Part shown: one piece after another, positions 24,258 through 34,135 of the stretch
Position numbering within the stretch: the first letter of the stretch is position 1
Layout of the letters: the number at the start of each line of letters is the position of its first letter
From: Heteronotia binoei
Lineage: Eukaryota
Direction: 5' to 3'
NCBI RefSeq assembly: GCF_032191835.1
Contig: NC_083237.1
Location: forward strand, 11,408,001 to 11,472,000
DNA length: 64,000 nt
Notes under the pieces: generated by a model
Database searches by the model: none
Told to the model about the DNA's origin: nothing
The model's input: the letters and a program-made list of their open reading frames with translations, nothing else
Made by a program: the position numbers and the translations under genes

Positions 24258-24613
24258 GGGTGCAGTCCAAGGGACTCTTGAGAGTCCCTTGGACTGCAAG
24301 AAGGTCAAATCAGTCAGTCCTAAGGGAAATCAACCCAGACTGTTTCCTGGAAGGTCAGATGCTGAAGCTGAAGCTCAAATACTTTGGCTACCATATGAGA
24401 AAGGAGCACTCCCTGGAGAAGATCCTGATGCTAGGAAAGACAGAGGCCAAAAGAAGGGGACGGCAAAAGATGCGATGGCTGGACAATGTTACTGATGTAA
24501 CAAACACGGATTTGAGCAGACTTCAGAGGATGATGGAAGACAGGAGGGCCTGGCGTGACTTTGTCCATGGGGTCGCAAAGAGTCGGACTCGACTGTGCGA
24601 CTGAACAACAACA
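24258..24613 (+). mobile_element. BovB (RTE) LINE 3' fragment
   Basis: LLRVPWTARRSNQSVLREI..LKLKYFGY..SLEKILMLGK..RWLD..WRDFVHGVAKSRTRL; tail ctgaacaacaaca. Confidence 0.93.
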
Positions 24614-24725
24614 TGTGGAACTTATATGGAACCTCACTCTTCTTTTTTTTGTGTGGTGCTTTGGTATTTTGCTTTTTGCTTTCAGTAACTGTTGCATGTT
24701 CTGTCTAAATCCGCCCTGCTTTATA

Positions 24726-24875
24726 AAGGTAAAGGTAGTCCCCTGTGCAAGCACCAGTCATTTTCGACTCTGGGGTGACGTTGCTTTCACAGTAGACTTT
24801 TTACGGGGTGGTTTGCCATTGCCTTCCCCAGTCATCTACACTTTTCCCCCAGCAAGCTGGGTGCTCATTTTTTTT
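24726..24875 (+). mobile_element. Sauria SINE, partial
   Basis: aaaggtaaaggtagtcccctgtgcaagcaccagtc head; ends after caagctgggtgctcatttt. Confidence 0.85.
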
Positions 24876-25116
24876 AGACAACCCTAAAAGCGAAGTGAAA
24901 TAATTTCAAGGTTGGCAAGATTCAAGTCCAAGAGAATCTTAGGACACCAAGATATTGAGCTTTCGAAGGTCAAAGCTCCTTTTGTTGGACAAAGAGAGTT
25001 TTAATTCTTGCAGTTTATACTGTGAAAAATTGTGTTGGTCTCTTAAGATGTTAGTGGATGTGAATCTGCTGAAGAGCACCCACCTGAAACTAATTCCTAT
25101 GACTGTCCCACTCTTG

Positions 25117-25403
25117 GGCCGTTTTCCCACTCACGTTTTACTGGCGCCACGACCATCCTGACGCCGGCGAATCTGCCTGGATTTCGCATCAGAAGCTCCG
25201 GCGCTCCCAGAAGCGCCGGCTACTTCCGTCACTAAGCCAGCGCAAACGGAAATCGCAAAGATGCAGGAAAACGTTTGCGCTGGCTTAGCGACGGAAAGCG
25301 CCGGCGCTTCTGGGAGCGCCGGCGCTTCTGTTGCGAAATCCAGGCAGATTCGCCGGCGTCAGGATGGTCGTGGCGCCAGTAAAACGTGAGTGGGAAAACG
25401 GCC
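25117..25403. mobile_element. Palindromic MITE, 287 bp, PIF/Harbinger-like
   Basis: Long near-perfect inverted arms ggccgttttcccactcac / gtgagtgggaaaacggcc; 3-bp TSD ttg on both sides. Confidence 0.8.
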
Positions 25404-25591
25404 TTGGAGAAGCTTGCATAATTGATGTGTTGATGTTGGTTAATGCAGGTTCACCAAGATGCTGTTATGTTTTTATAAGGGGAAAATGAAGGATTTTTAG
25501 GAAAAGGGAGGGACGTATGGTGTTCCTGGTCCCTTGGAAGACAGAAAAGGGGCAGCTCTGAATCAAACAAGCTTAAAGTGTGCATTTCTTT

Positions 25592-25869
25592 CTGTTTCAA
25601 ACAATTTTATTAGTAACATATGGTAATAAATTTCAATTTCTTACATCATTAATAATTACTTTTTTATCTATCCCATATATTACTTTCTACCCACCCCTCC
25701 CCCCGTTTCTTGACCCCCGCTGGTGTTATATACTTAAAATCTTAATATTAAAGGTACCCTTAATCAATAAGAACCAAAATTAATATCCTCCTCCCTCTTA
25801 TACTTAGTCATTATCAAAAATTGTCCAATGTCCTTTTATTTTCCACTCTTTTTCTATGTATCTTCTGAA
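25592..25869 (-). mobile_element. 5'-truncated L1-like 3' fragment with 20-bp TSD
   Basis: TSD cttaaagtgtgcatttcttt at 25572-25591 and 25870-25889; minus strand ends with aataaa and an A-rich tail. L1 assignment rests on TSD length and tail type. Confidence 0.7.
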
Positions 25870-25921
25870 CTTAAAGTGTGCATTTCTTTGACTTCTAGGT
25901 TGCATTGCAGCTCGAACTGGC

Positions 25922-27324
25922 CTGGCACTACAGAATCAGAATGGCACAACACAGCTTACAGAGTTTGTTTTAATTGGCTTCCAAGTTCCCCAGTCAGTGG
26001 GGAACCTCCTCTTTGTGGTGTTTCTTGCAGTTTTCCTATTAACACTAGCCGGGAACGTCACCATCATCACACTGGTATGCCTTGCTCAACAACTCCAAAC
26101 TTCCATTTACTTCTTTCTCTGCAATCTCTCCCTCCTGGAGATCCTCTTTGTCTTGACAATCGCCCCAAAGATGTTGGTGAATCTGGTTGCCTCGAACAAA
26201 ACCATCTCTTTCCTTGGCTGCGCCGCCCAATGTTATTTCTACTTCTTCCTTGGCACTACTGAGTTCATCCTCATCGCTGTGATGTCATTCGACCGTTACA
26301 TTGCCATCTGCCACCCACTTTGCTATGCCATCATAGTGAATGGTCATGTCTGCACCATGTTGATCCTAGGTTGCTGGATAGGGGGTTTTCTTTCTACCAT
26401 TGGCCCCATCGTCCTGTTCTTTCAGTTGACTTTCTGTGGCTCTAATGTCATCGAACATTTCTTCTGTGACTATGCCCCAATGATAAAGCTGTCTTGCAAC
26501 GACATACAGTTCATCCTCGCCCTGGTGTCTATCCTCTCTTCAGTAGTGTTGCTCAGTTCATTGGCTGTGACTGTTATCTCTTATTTCTGCATTATCACCA
26601 CCACCACCTACCTTAGGGACCGTCTCTCCCCACACGTTCCCCAGAGAGTACTACGCTCAGGTTCACAAAACCTGTTGGTAGTCCCCGGGCCAAAGGAGGC
26701 CCGTCTAAAATCCACCAGGGATCGGGCCTTCTCAATAACGGCACCTTATTGGTGGAACCAGCTGCCGGAAGAGGTGCGGGCCCTGCGGGATCTAGGGCAA
26801 TTCCGCAGGGCCTGTAAGACAGCCCTCTTCCGGCAGGCCTATGACATTAACTGACAATGAAAAATATCTTGGATGGAACAAAATGTATCTATAGGCCGCC
26901 GGTTTTATTCTATCTTGTTTTTATTAATTTATGGTTTAATTGTATTTTTAAATGTTTTAAACTGAAGTGTTTGAATTATTATGTTGTAAGCCGCCCTGAG
27001 ACACTTAGGTGAGAAGGGCGGGGTATAAATCTTAATATAAATAAATAAATAAAATAAATCGTGCGTATGAACTCCAGCAAAGGCCGATTGAAGACATTTT
27101 CCACCTGCGCATCCCATCTTACTGTGGCTTCCATCTTCTATGGCAGTGCCATCTTCATGTATTCTTTGCCCAGTCAGGGACGCTCTCTGACTGTTCAGAA
27201 GGCTGTAGCTGTACTCACAGCTGTGGTGACCCCTTTGCTCAACCCTTTTATATACACTCTGAGAAATGAGAAGGTGAAGGAGGCCTTGAGAGACTGTCTG
27301 AAGAGGCAAACGCTGAATCTGTGA
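25922..27324 (+). pseudogene. Olfactory receptor (close paralog of 38668-39615) split by an L2 insertion; CTG at the paralog's ATG position
   Basis: 25922-26602 (227 codons) plus 27058-27324 (88 codons and stop) rejoin to a 315-codon OR with no other stop or frameshift: [39 protein letters not shown]. Confidence 0.92.
26603..27057 (+). mobile_element. L2 LINE 3' fragment inserted sense and in frame within the OR
   Basis: TYLRDRLSPHVPQRVLRS..RAFSITAPYWWNQLPEEVRAL..*, L2 3' end gtaagccgccctgag..gggcggggtataaat, (taaa)n tail. Confidence 0.93.
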
Positions 27325-27690
27325 GTAGAACGGAGCCATCTTGGACTTTCCATTTCCCTGATCAGAACAGCCCATTTTGATTGTGGAGGTCTGATGGCAG
27401 AGTAGTGAGAATCTTATGTTTAGGGTACATATTATGGGTGGGAGGCAATTTTATCCATGACACTCTACAGATCCTGTAGAGATGGTAGACAGCGAGCCAG
27501 AAGAAAAGCTGAATGTACATCACAATGAGAGGTTAGCAGTCTGGGTCATAGGGTGGGGGGTATCTGGGAAGCAGAGATCATTTCATCGCCAAGGTATCGG
27601 ACATCAGGCATGCAATATCAGCTCTTGGTCTACCTGCAGAGGGATCTTTGCCTGTTGGGATGAATATTATTGAAAAAAAATGAGGGAGGA

Positions 27691-28072
27691 ATCCAGTTTG
27701 GTGTAGTGGTTAAGTGTGCAGACTCTTATCTGGGAGAACCAGGTTTGATTTCCCACTCCTCCACTTGCAGCTGCTGGAATGGCCTTGGGTCAGCCATAGC
27801 TCTTGCTAAGTGGTTAAGTGCACTGACTCTTATCTGGGAGAACCGGGTTTGATTCCCCACTCCTCCACTTGCAACTGCTGGAATGGCCTTGGGTCAGCCA
27901 TAGCTCTGGCAGAGGTTGTCCTTGAAAGGGCAGCTGCTGTGAGAGCCCTCTTAGCCCCACCCACCTCACAGGGTGTCTGTTGTGGGGGGAGAAGATAAAG
28001 GAGATTGTAAGATGTTCTGAGACTCTGATTCGGACAGAAGGGTGGGGTATAAATATGCAGTCTTCTCCTCCT
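27691..28072 (+). mobile_element. tRNA-derived SINE, family B, with duplicated 5' ~100 bp
   Basis: agtggttaagtg..gactcttatctgggagaacc occurs twice in tandem (near 27706 and 27808). Confidence 0.85.
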
Positions 28073-28409
28073 TTACAAAAAATGATCATCTATAGCCCAA
28101 ATCATTTGAGGTGAAATACAATTTAAAAAAAGGGGGGGGGGAATTATACAACTCAAGGGGTTTGCACCATCCAGCCACATTCCAGGAGAATATACCAAAA
28201 AAAAAAAGCCCCTCCTTCTTCTAGGCTTTGCAGCTTACTTTATGGAAACTTCATATGGTTTTCAAGGCGAGAGACTGTCAGTAGTGATTTGCCATTACCT
28301 GCTTCTGTGTCACAATCCTCGTGTTCCTTGGAGATCTCCCATCCAAGTGCTATGGGAGTGCTTACCTATGAAGTGCCTCCCTATGAAGCCCTACAAGTGT
28401 TTCCAAGTG

Positions 28410-28975
28410 CTTCCCTGTGAAGAAAGGTTAAAACGCTTGGGGTTCTTTAGCTTGGAGAAACGTCGACTGCGGGGTGACATGATAGAGGTTTACAAGATAA
28501 TGCACGAGATGGAGAAAGTAGAGAAAGAAGTCCTTTTCTCCCTTTCTCACAATACAAGAACTCGTGGGCATTTGATGAAATTGCTGAGCAGTCGGGTTAA
28601 AATGGTTAAAAGGAAGTACTTCTTCACCCAAAGGGTGATTAACATGTGGAATTCACTGCCACAGGAGGTGGCGCTGGCTACAAGCATAGCCAGCTTCAAG
28701 AGGGGATTGGATAAAAATATGGAGCAGAGGTCCAAAAGTGGCTATTAGCCACAGTGTGTGTGTGTGTGTGTGTGTATACACTGAGTGTTGGACTGGATTA
28801 GCCATTGGCCTGATCCAACATGGCTTCTTTTATGTTCTTATGTGACACAGAGTGCTGGACTGGATGGGCCATTGGCCTGATCCAACATGGCCTCTCTTAT
28901 GTTCTTATCTGACACTGAGTGTTGGACTGGATGGGCCTTTGGCCTGATCCAACATGGCTTCTCTTATGTTCTTAT
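28410..28975 (+). mobile_element. CR1 3' fragment with three tandem terminal repeats
   Basis: EERLKRLGFFSLEKRRLRGDMIEVYK..KRGLDKNMEQRS; three gttggactggatgggcc..gatccaacatggc..ttatgttcttatg-type units in 28780-28975. Confidence 0.92.
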
Positions 28976-28976
28976 G

Positions 28977-29042
28977 CTAGCTAGGGCTGACCCTGCTCAG
29001 CTTCTGAGACATGATGCAATCAGGCTGGCCTGGGCTATCCAT
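28977..29042 (-). mobile_element. 5S rRNA-derived SINE head fragment
   Basis: ccctgctcagcttctgaga..atcaggctggcctgggctatcc is the reverse complement of a 5S-like head. Confidence 0.65.
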
Positions 29043-29218
29043 GGGATTTGGGTAAATTAACATTTAGAAAAGGATTTCTGCATCAACCCAAAATGCTGGT
29101 CCCCTACATTACCCATGTGTCTTGTCTGAAATCTTCCCTTCTGGACACAGAGCACAATTTTAGCAGCGAAATGTCACCCCTTCCTTCTTTTTATTCTGAT
29201 AGCCAGGATAGGAGCAAC

Positions 29219-30327
29219 TAATGTTCCCTCTAAGCTGCAGAGTCTTGTGATCAAAAATTCGACTTTGTGCGCTACTGGCATTAAAGTTGGAGCCAAGTCA
29301 GCAGCCGTGTTGGTCTGAAGTAGTAGAATAAAATAGAAGTCGATTGCACCTTTAAGACCAACTTAATTTTATTCAGAACGTATGTGCATGCACACTTCTT
29401 CAGACGAGGAATGAGGTACAGTAAGCAGAGCCACATATAGCTGGTTGGGTTTGGAATGCAAAGTGGTACAAAGTTAAAATCCAATAGCAGAATAATAACA
29501 TTAACAAATTCAGAAAACCTTTGATCTGGGTTGCATTAGCGTGGGAAACCATAAAACAGTAACGTGTCAGAATGCGGGAATGCCTGTTAATTATTCTATT
29601 GCTAATAAACCTGGGTCAAAATGAGGGCATTTCTTTCCCAGAAGTTTTTTTCCTGTCCAACTAATTTACCTTTTAACATGTAACATAAATATATACGTCA
29701 TTCTAGTTTGCCATTAGGAAAAAATACATTAAAATATAGTGGAAGATGGGTTTAGTATATGTAATGAGATAAACAGCCAATATCCCTTGTTTGAGTATTT
29801 CAGTACAAAAGCATTATTCTGATACACTATCCTAAAAGAGAAATACACTGGAATACTGTGGATATATCGCCATACTTGGGAAAGTGGGTTTAGTATATGT
29901 AATGAGATAAAAAAACAACAACAACATCTCTGTTCAGTCCTGGGGAGGTGTTTGTTCCAAGTTTCATAATAGCTTGTAATTCAGCAATTCCCCTCTCCAT
30001 TCTGTTCTTGAAGTTCTGAGAGTGAGTTTAGCATCTGTAATGAGATAAAAAACCAATATCCCTGTTCAGTCCTGGGGAGGTGTTTGTTCCAAGTTTCATA
30101 ATAGTTTGTAATTCAGCAATTCCCCTCTCCATCCTGTTCTTGAAGTTCTGAGAGTGGGTTTAGCATCTGTAATGAGATAAAAAAACCCCAATATCCCTGT
30201 TAAGTCCTGGGTTGCATAAAGTATTGTGCTCTGGGGCCATTTTTCCTGAGCTAAGACAAAAATGTGTGAGCCAGAGGCTAAAAATCTGTGAGCTAGCTCA
30301 GACTAACTCAGCTTAGAGGGAACACTG
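29219..30327. mobile_element. TIR element (MITE) hosting a Penelope insertion
   Basis: 16-bp perfect inverted termini tgttccctctaagctg / cagcttagagggaaca; TSD not evident. Confidence 0.75.
29298..30212 (-). mobile_element. Penelope-like element 3' fragment (GIY-YIG C-terminus plus terminal repeat) with internal tandem duplication
   Basis: Minus translation FKNRMERGIAELQAIMKLGTNTSPGLNR; terminal ctgaagaagtgtgcatgcac..gttggtcttaaaggtgc; 138- and 132-bp units at 29883-30210. Confidence 0.8.
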
Positions 30328-30693
30328 GTAGTGACCATTACACACAGAAATGGGTGTCCCCATCCAAAAAGTAGCTTAAGGCAGCAGAAATAAGATATTA
30401 TTTTATTGTTCAATGGTTGATGGCAAATAAAGACGTCAACTATTAAAATAGGAAGGTGAACATTACAGTCACAACCTGGAGAGAAAGAGAGAGACCCTAA
30501 TATAGAACAACAAGTTGATTTTAAAAAGACATTGGTTAAAATTGATTTCTCATTATCATCAGTAATAAATAAAAGCACTATTATGGCAGCAAATCTGAGG
30601 ATTTCAATTGGTTGGATGTGGGCTATGTAGGATTGGGTCACACTCTGTCTCTTTTTCTAGGGTCCATTATATTTTTTCCTACAATAGGCTTTA

Positions 30694-30989
30694 TATAATA
30701 TATTGGGTTCAAAGCATGAGGACGCTCAAGAGATAGTGAGTTCAGCTCTTTATTCAGTGATTCAGCATAGTGACATAGGAACAGAACTGTCTGGCAGGAC
30801 CAACAGCCCTGCTTATATGCATGCAAACTTCCCCACCCAAAATCCCATTACCATAATCCCATTACACACAACTATAGGTTAATAGCTGGCCTAAGGATCC
30901 CTGAATCCAGGTGGCTATTGTTTTAGGGTCTCCAGCTCAGCCAAGTCTTTGCTGACCCTACAGCCAAACTCCAGTTCCAAAACATAACA
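30694..30989 (-). mobile_element. Gypsy-type 3' LTR, ~296 bp
   Basis: Directly follows the polypurine tract ggggggaggag (30990-31000, minus strand), starts TGTTA on the minus strand, and is colinear with the solo copy at 43365-43657. Confidence 0.85.
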
Positions 30990-32446
30990 CTCCTCCCCCC
31001 AAAGTTTCCCAACACCTAACAAATATACTCTCTAAGATGTGCTGGTTTCCATTGCTCCCTTTTGGACCAACAAAGCCCCTCAGGTGTGGCTGAGGAGTCT
31101 GGTTCCCTTGTCTGGGCTGCTGGTGCTGGGCTGCTGGAAGGCTGCGGCAGTGCAACGGTTGAAGGGTCCCCGATGTCAGAGGTGCCCGGTGGGGGTTCCT
31201 CCGATTCCTGGCGGTCTGGCTGGGCGCTGACTCCCGCTGGCTCCTGCAGCGGCACCAACCGGGGTTGCTCTGCGGTGTCTGATGTAGCGTCTGGCTTGGC
31301 AGGGAGCATGCAGCGGTGGAGTTGATCCACGTGTCTGCACAGGACTTGGCCCTCATCGGTCGAGACCTCATACGAAACTGGGCCCGTGACTTGAATGACT
31401 CAGGCAGGGATCCATGATGGACCACTGCTGAAGTTCCAGGCATATATGGAGTCTCCCAGAAAAAATCCTCGGGGTGCCTCCTGGCACTTCGGTGATGGCC
31501 GAGGTTTGGGGGCTCTATCTGGGTGGAGACAGTCCAGTCTGGTCATCATGCAGTGGCCCATGAGTAGCTCTGCTGGGCTACAAACTGCGGTAGCACTAGG
31601 GGTCACTCAATGGCCGAAAAGGAATGCAGCTAATCCGTGGTCCCAGTCCCCATGAATTAATCTCTGGAGAGACTCTTTTGTGGTGTGCACCATCCATTCC
31701 GCCTGTCCGTTGGTGGCCGGGTGGAATGGGGCACAGCAGATGTGCCTGATGAGTTAGCGACCCAGAAACTCTTGGAACTCCTCTGAAGTGAAGGTCGTTC
31801 CAATGTCTGTGACCACTGTGTCTGGGATGCCGGGTGTGCAGAAAATTCTATGGAGTGCTCGGATTGCCGCTCGGGAGGAGGTGGAAGTGACTGGGACTAC
31901 CTCCAACCACTTGGTATATGAGTCCACCAAAATAAAGAATATTTGCCCCTGGAAAGAGCCTGCAAAGTCCAAGTGCAACCGGGACCATGGGTTGCGGGTG
32001 GACTCCCAGTGTTGCACAGGGGTGCGGGGTGGTTCTGGCCGGGTTTCCTGGCAGGCCTGGCATCGCTTGACCCAGACCTAAATCTCACTGTCCATCCCCG
32101 GCCACCATACATAGCTCCGGGCAAGCGCTTTCATTTTAACGATGCCCAGGTGAGTCTCGTGCACGACTTTCAAAACTTGTTGGCACAAGGCAAAGGGAAC
32201 CACCATCCGGCTGCCCCAGAGTAAGCATCACTTGTGGGAAGAGAGTTCATCCCAGCATGAGGAAAAGGCTGCAAATTTGGGGTCTGTCCGGCCGGTAGGC
32301 CAACCCCTCCCCACCCAGTCAAGAACGCGGGATAAGATGCGGTCTTTACCCGACTGGCGGGCAATATCAGCAGCTTTCAATGGTCCGTCGGGGAGATCCT
32401 CAATGAGTAGGATCTGGTGGGCCGGCACCGGGTCTGGGTCTTGTGC
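30990..32446 (-). mobile_element. Gypsy (Ty3) pol fragment: integrase region, frameshifted and 5'-truncated
   Basis: PWSRLHLDFAGSFQGQIFFILVDSYTKWLEV, PDTVVTDIGTTFTSEEFQEFL, ILSRVLDWVGRGWP, PAELLMG. Confidence 0.9.
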
Positions 32447-33256
32447 CTCTCTTTAGCCACCCAGATTATGAGTATGACTAGTTCATTCAAATGTGTCGAT
32501 GATAACTAATCTCTATCTATGGTCCACTTTTTGAGGAATGCTTTACACACCTGCTAATGCCTTCATATGATCCATCCGTGAGGACAGCAAGCCAATCAAA
32601 ACTTCAAATGTAGCTGAATTTTGTGTTTGGAGGTAAAGATACAATATAGTGATGTTACGGGTCTGACATCTGCTGTATGATATGCAAAATCAGGCCCAAC
32701 AGAAAGAGGAACTCGGTTTTTAAAATCCATTTGGCAGTTTATCAGAAATTCCTTAGACCAATTTCCATGCTCTTCCTGACAACCAAGGTTACCAGAGGTC
32801 AGATTGCGTAAGTAAAACTAATAGAATACTTTGCTAAGTTTGCGCATTAACTTTATTCCCTGGAAAATTAATTACTAGATAGATAATTAATGCAATGCCA
32901 GTTCTGGTCTTTGGAGACTTCTGAACTTAGACTTTATTTTTAAAGTTGCTAAGTAGATTTGGAGCTTTGAAACTAATCAGTACCTTGAAAAGTTGGAAGC
33001 TAATTACTTCTTAACATTTCTTGAGATGTTGTTACGGACTTATCTCTATGAAAACACGACAAGTAAATTAATCGCACGGATCATATCAAAAATGTCACAT
33101 GGCCCAATTTAAGTGTTGTTGTAAAGAGATAAAGATTGAAATTAACATGGTATGTCAGTGGTCCTCCTCCTCTTAATAATAATAATAATAGTAATAATAG
33201 AAGAAGAAGAAGAAGAGAGTTACATGCCATCAAGTTGCTTCCAACTTATGCCCTGA

Positions 33257-33450
33257 TCTGGATAGCACAGGCTGGCCTGATCTTGTCAGATTTCAGGAGC
33301 TAAGCAGGGTTGGCCCGTGGTTAATATTTGAATGGGAGACCACCAAGGAATACCAGGGCCATGACATATGGAGGTGCAAGCAGTGGCCCACCACTTCTGA
33401 ACAACTCTTGCCTTGAAAACTACAGCTGTGACTTGACAACACACACAAAA
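33257..33450 (+). mobile_element. 5S rRNA-derived SINE (5S-Sauria-like)
   Basis: gcctgatcttgtcagatttcaggagctaagcagggttgg..gaatgggagaccacc is 5S-like, followed by an RTE/Sauria-type body and (ca)n tail. Confidence 0.75.
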
Positions 33451-33704
33451 AATGACCTTCAAAACATTAACAGCCTTGCTCAGGTCTTATAAACCAAAAG
33501 CCGTGACTTCCTTTATTGACTCACTCAATGTAACAATGACAATATCAATGCATGTAAGGTCCCATCCCTACTCAAATGAGTTCCTGTTGTTTTTTTCTCC
33601 AAAAAGCCCCGTGTGAAACAATGGTGACATCAGGGGATGCAACCTAATATGCGAATAGGTTCCTGCTGGTCTACAAAGAAGCCCCGTGTATAGATAAAGC
33701 AGAG

Positions 33705-33905
33705 TTATTTTTTGTTGCCCCAGATGGTGAGACCAGAACTAATGGATTGAAATGACATGAAAATAAATTTCAGCTAAACATTAGGAAGAATTTCCTGAGA
33801 GTTAAATCTGTTCCTCAGTGGAACAGGCTTCCTTGGGAAGTGGTGGGCTCTCTTACTTTGGGAGTTTTTAGGTGGAGGCTAGATGGTCAACTGACAACAG
33901 TGCGG
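33705..33905 (+). mobile_element. Old CR1 RT C-terminal fragment
   Basis: cagaactaatggattgaaa..ttcagctaaacattaggaagaatttcctg..cagtggaacaggcttcct. Confidence 0.75.
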
Positions 33906-34135
33906 ATTATATCCCTCACTATGAATTTAGGTGATCACAAAAGAGAGGGCAGGAAGGGATGGGCCAGTGTACAGTTCTTGTGGCCTTTTCTTATATGCCC
34001 AGGGTTATGCTGATCACTACTTTGTGGTCAGGAAGGAATTTTCCACCAGACCAGATTGGCCAAGGATCCTGGAGGTTTTTGGTCTTCCCCTGGGAACAGA
34101 GCAGGGATAACTGGGGTTTGTGTGGGTGGGGGAGT

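Noticed and set aside
32460-33100. Possible decayed L1 ORF2 on the minus strand
   Set aside because: Only vague resemblance by eye; no unambiguous motif without a profile search.
33257-33350. 5S rRNA gene (also 37335, 46730, 48440, 55095, 63645)
   Set aside because: Partial, diverged, dispersed and followed by a common SINE body.
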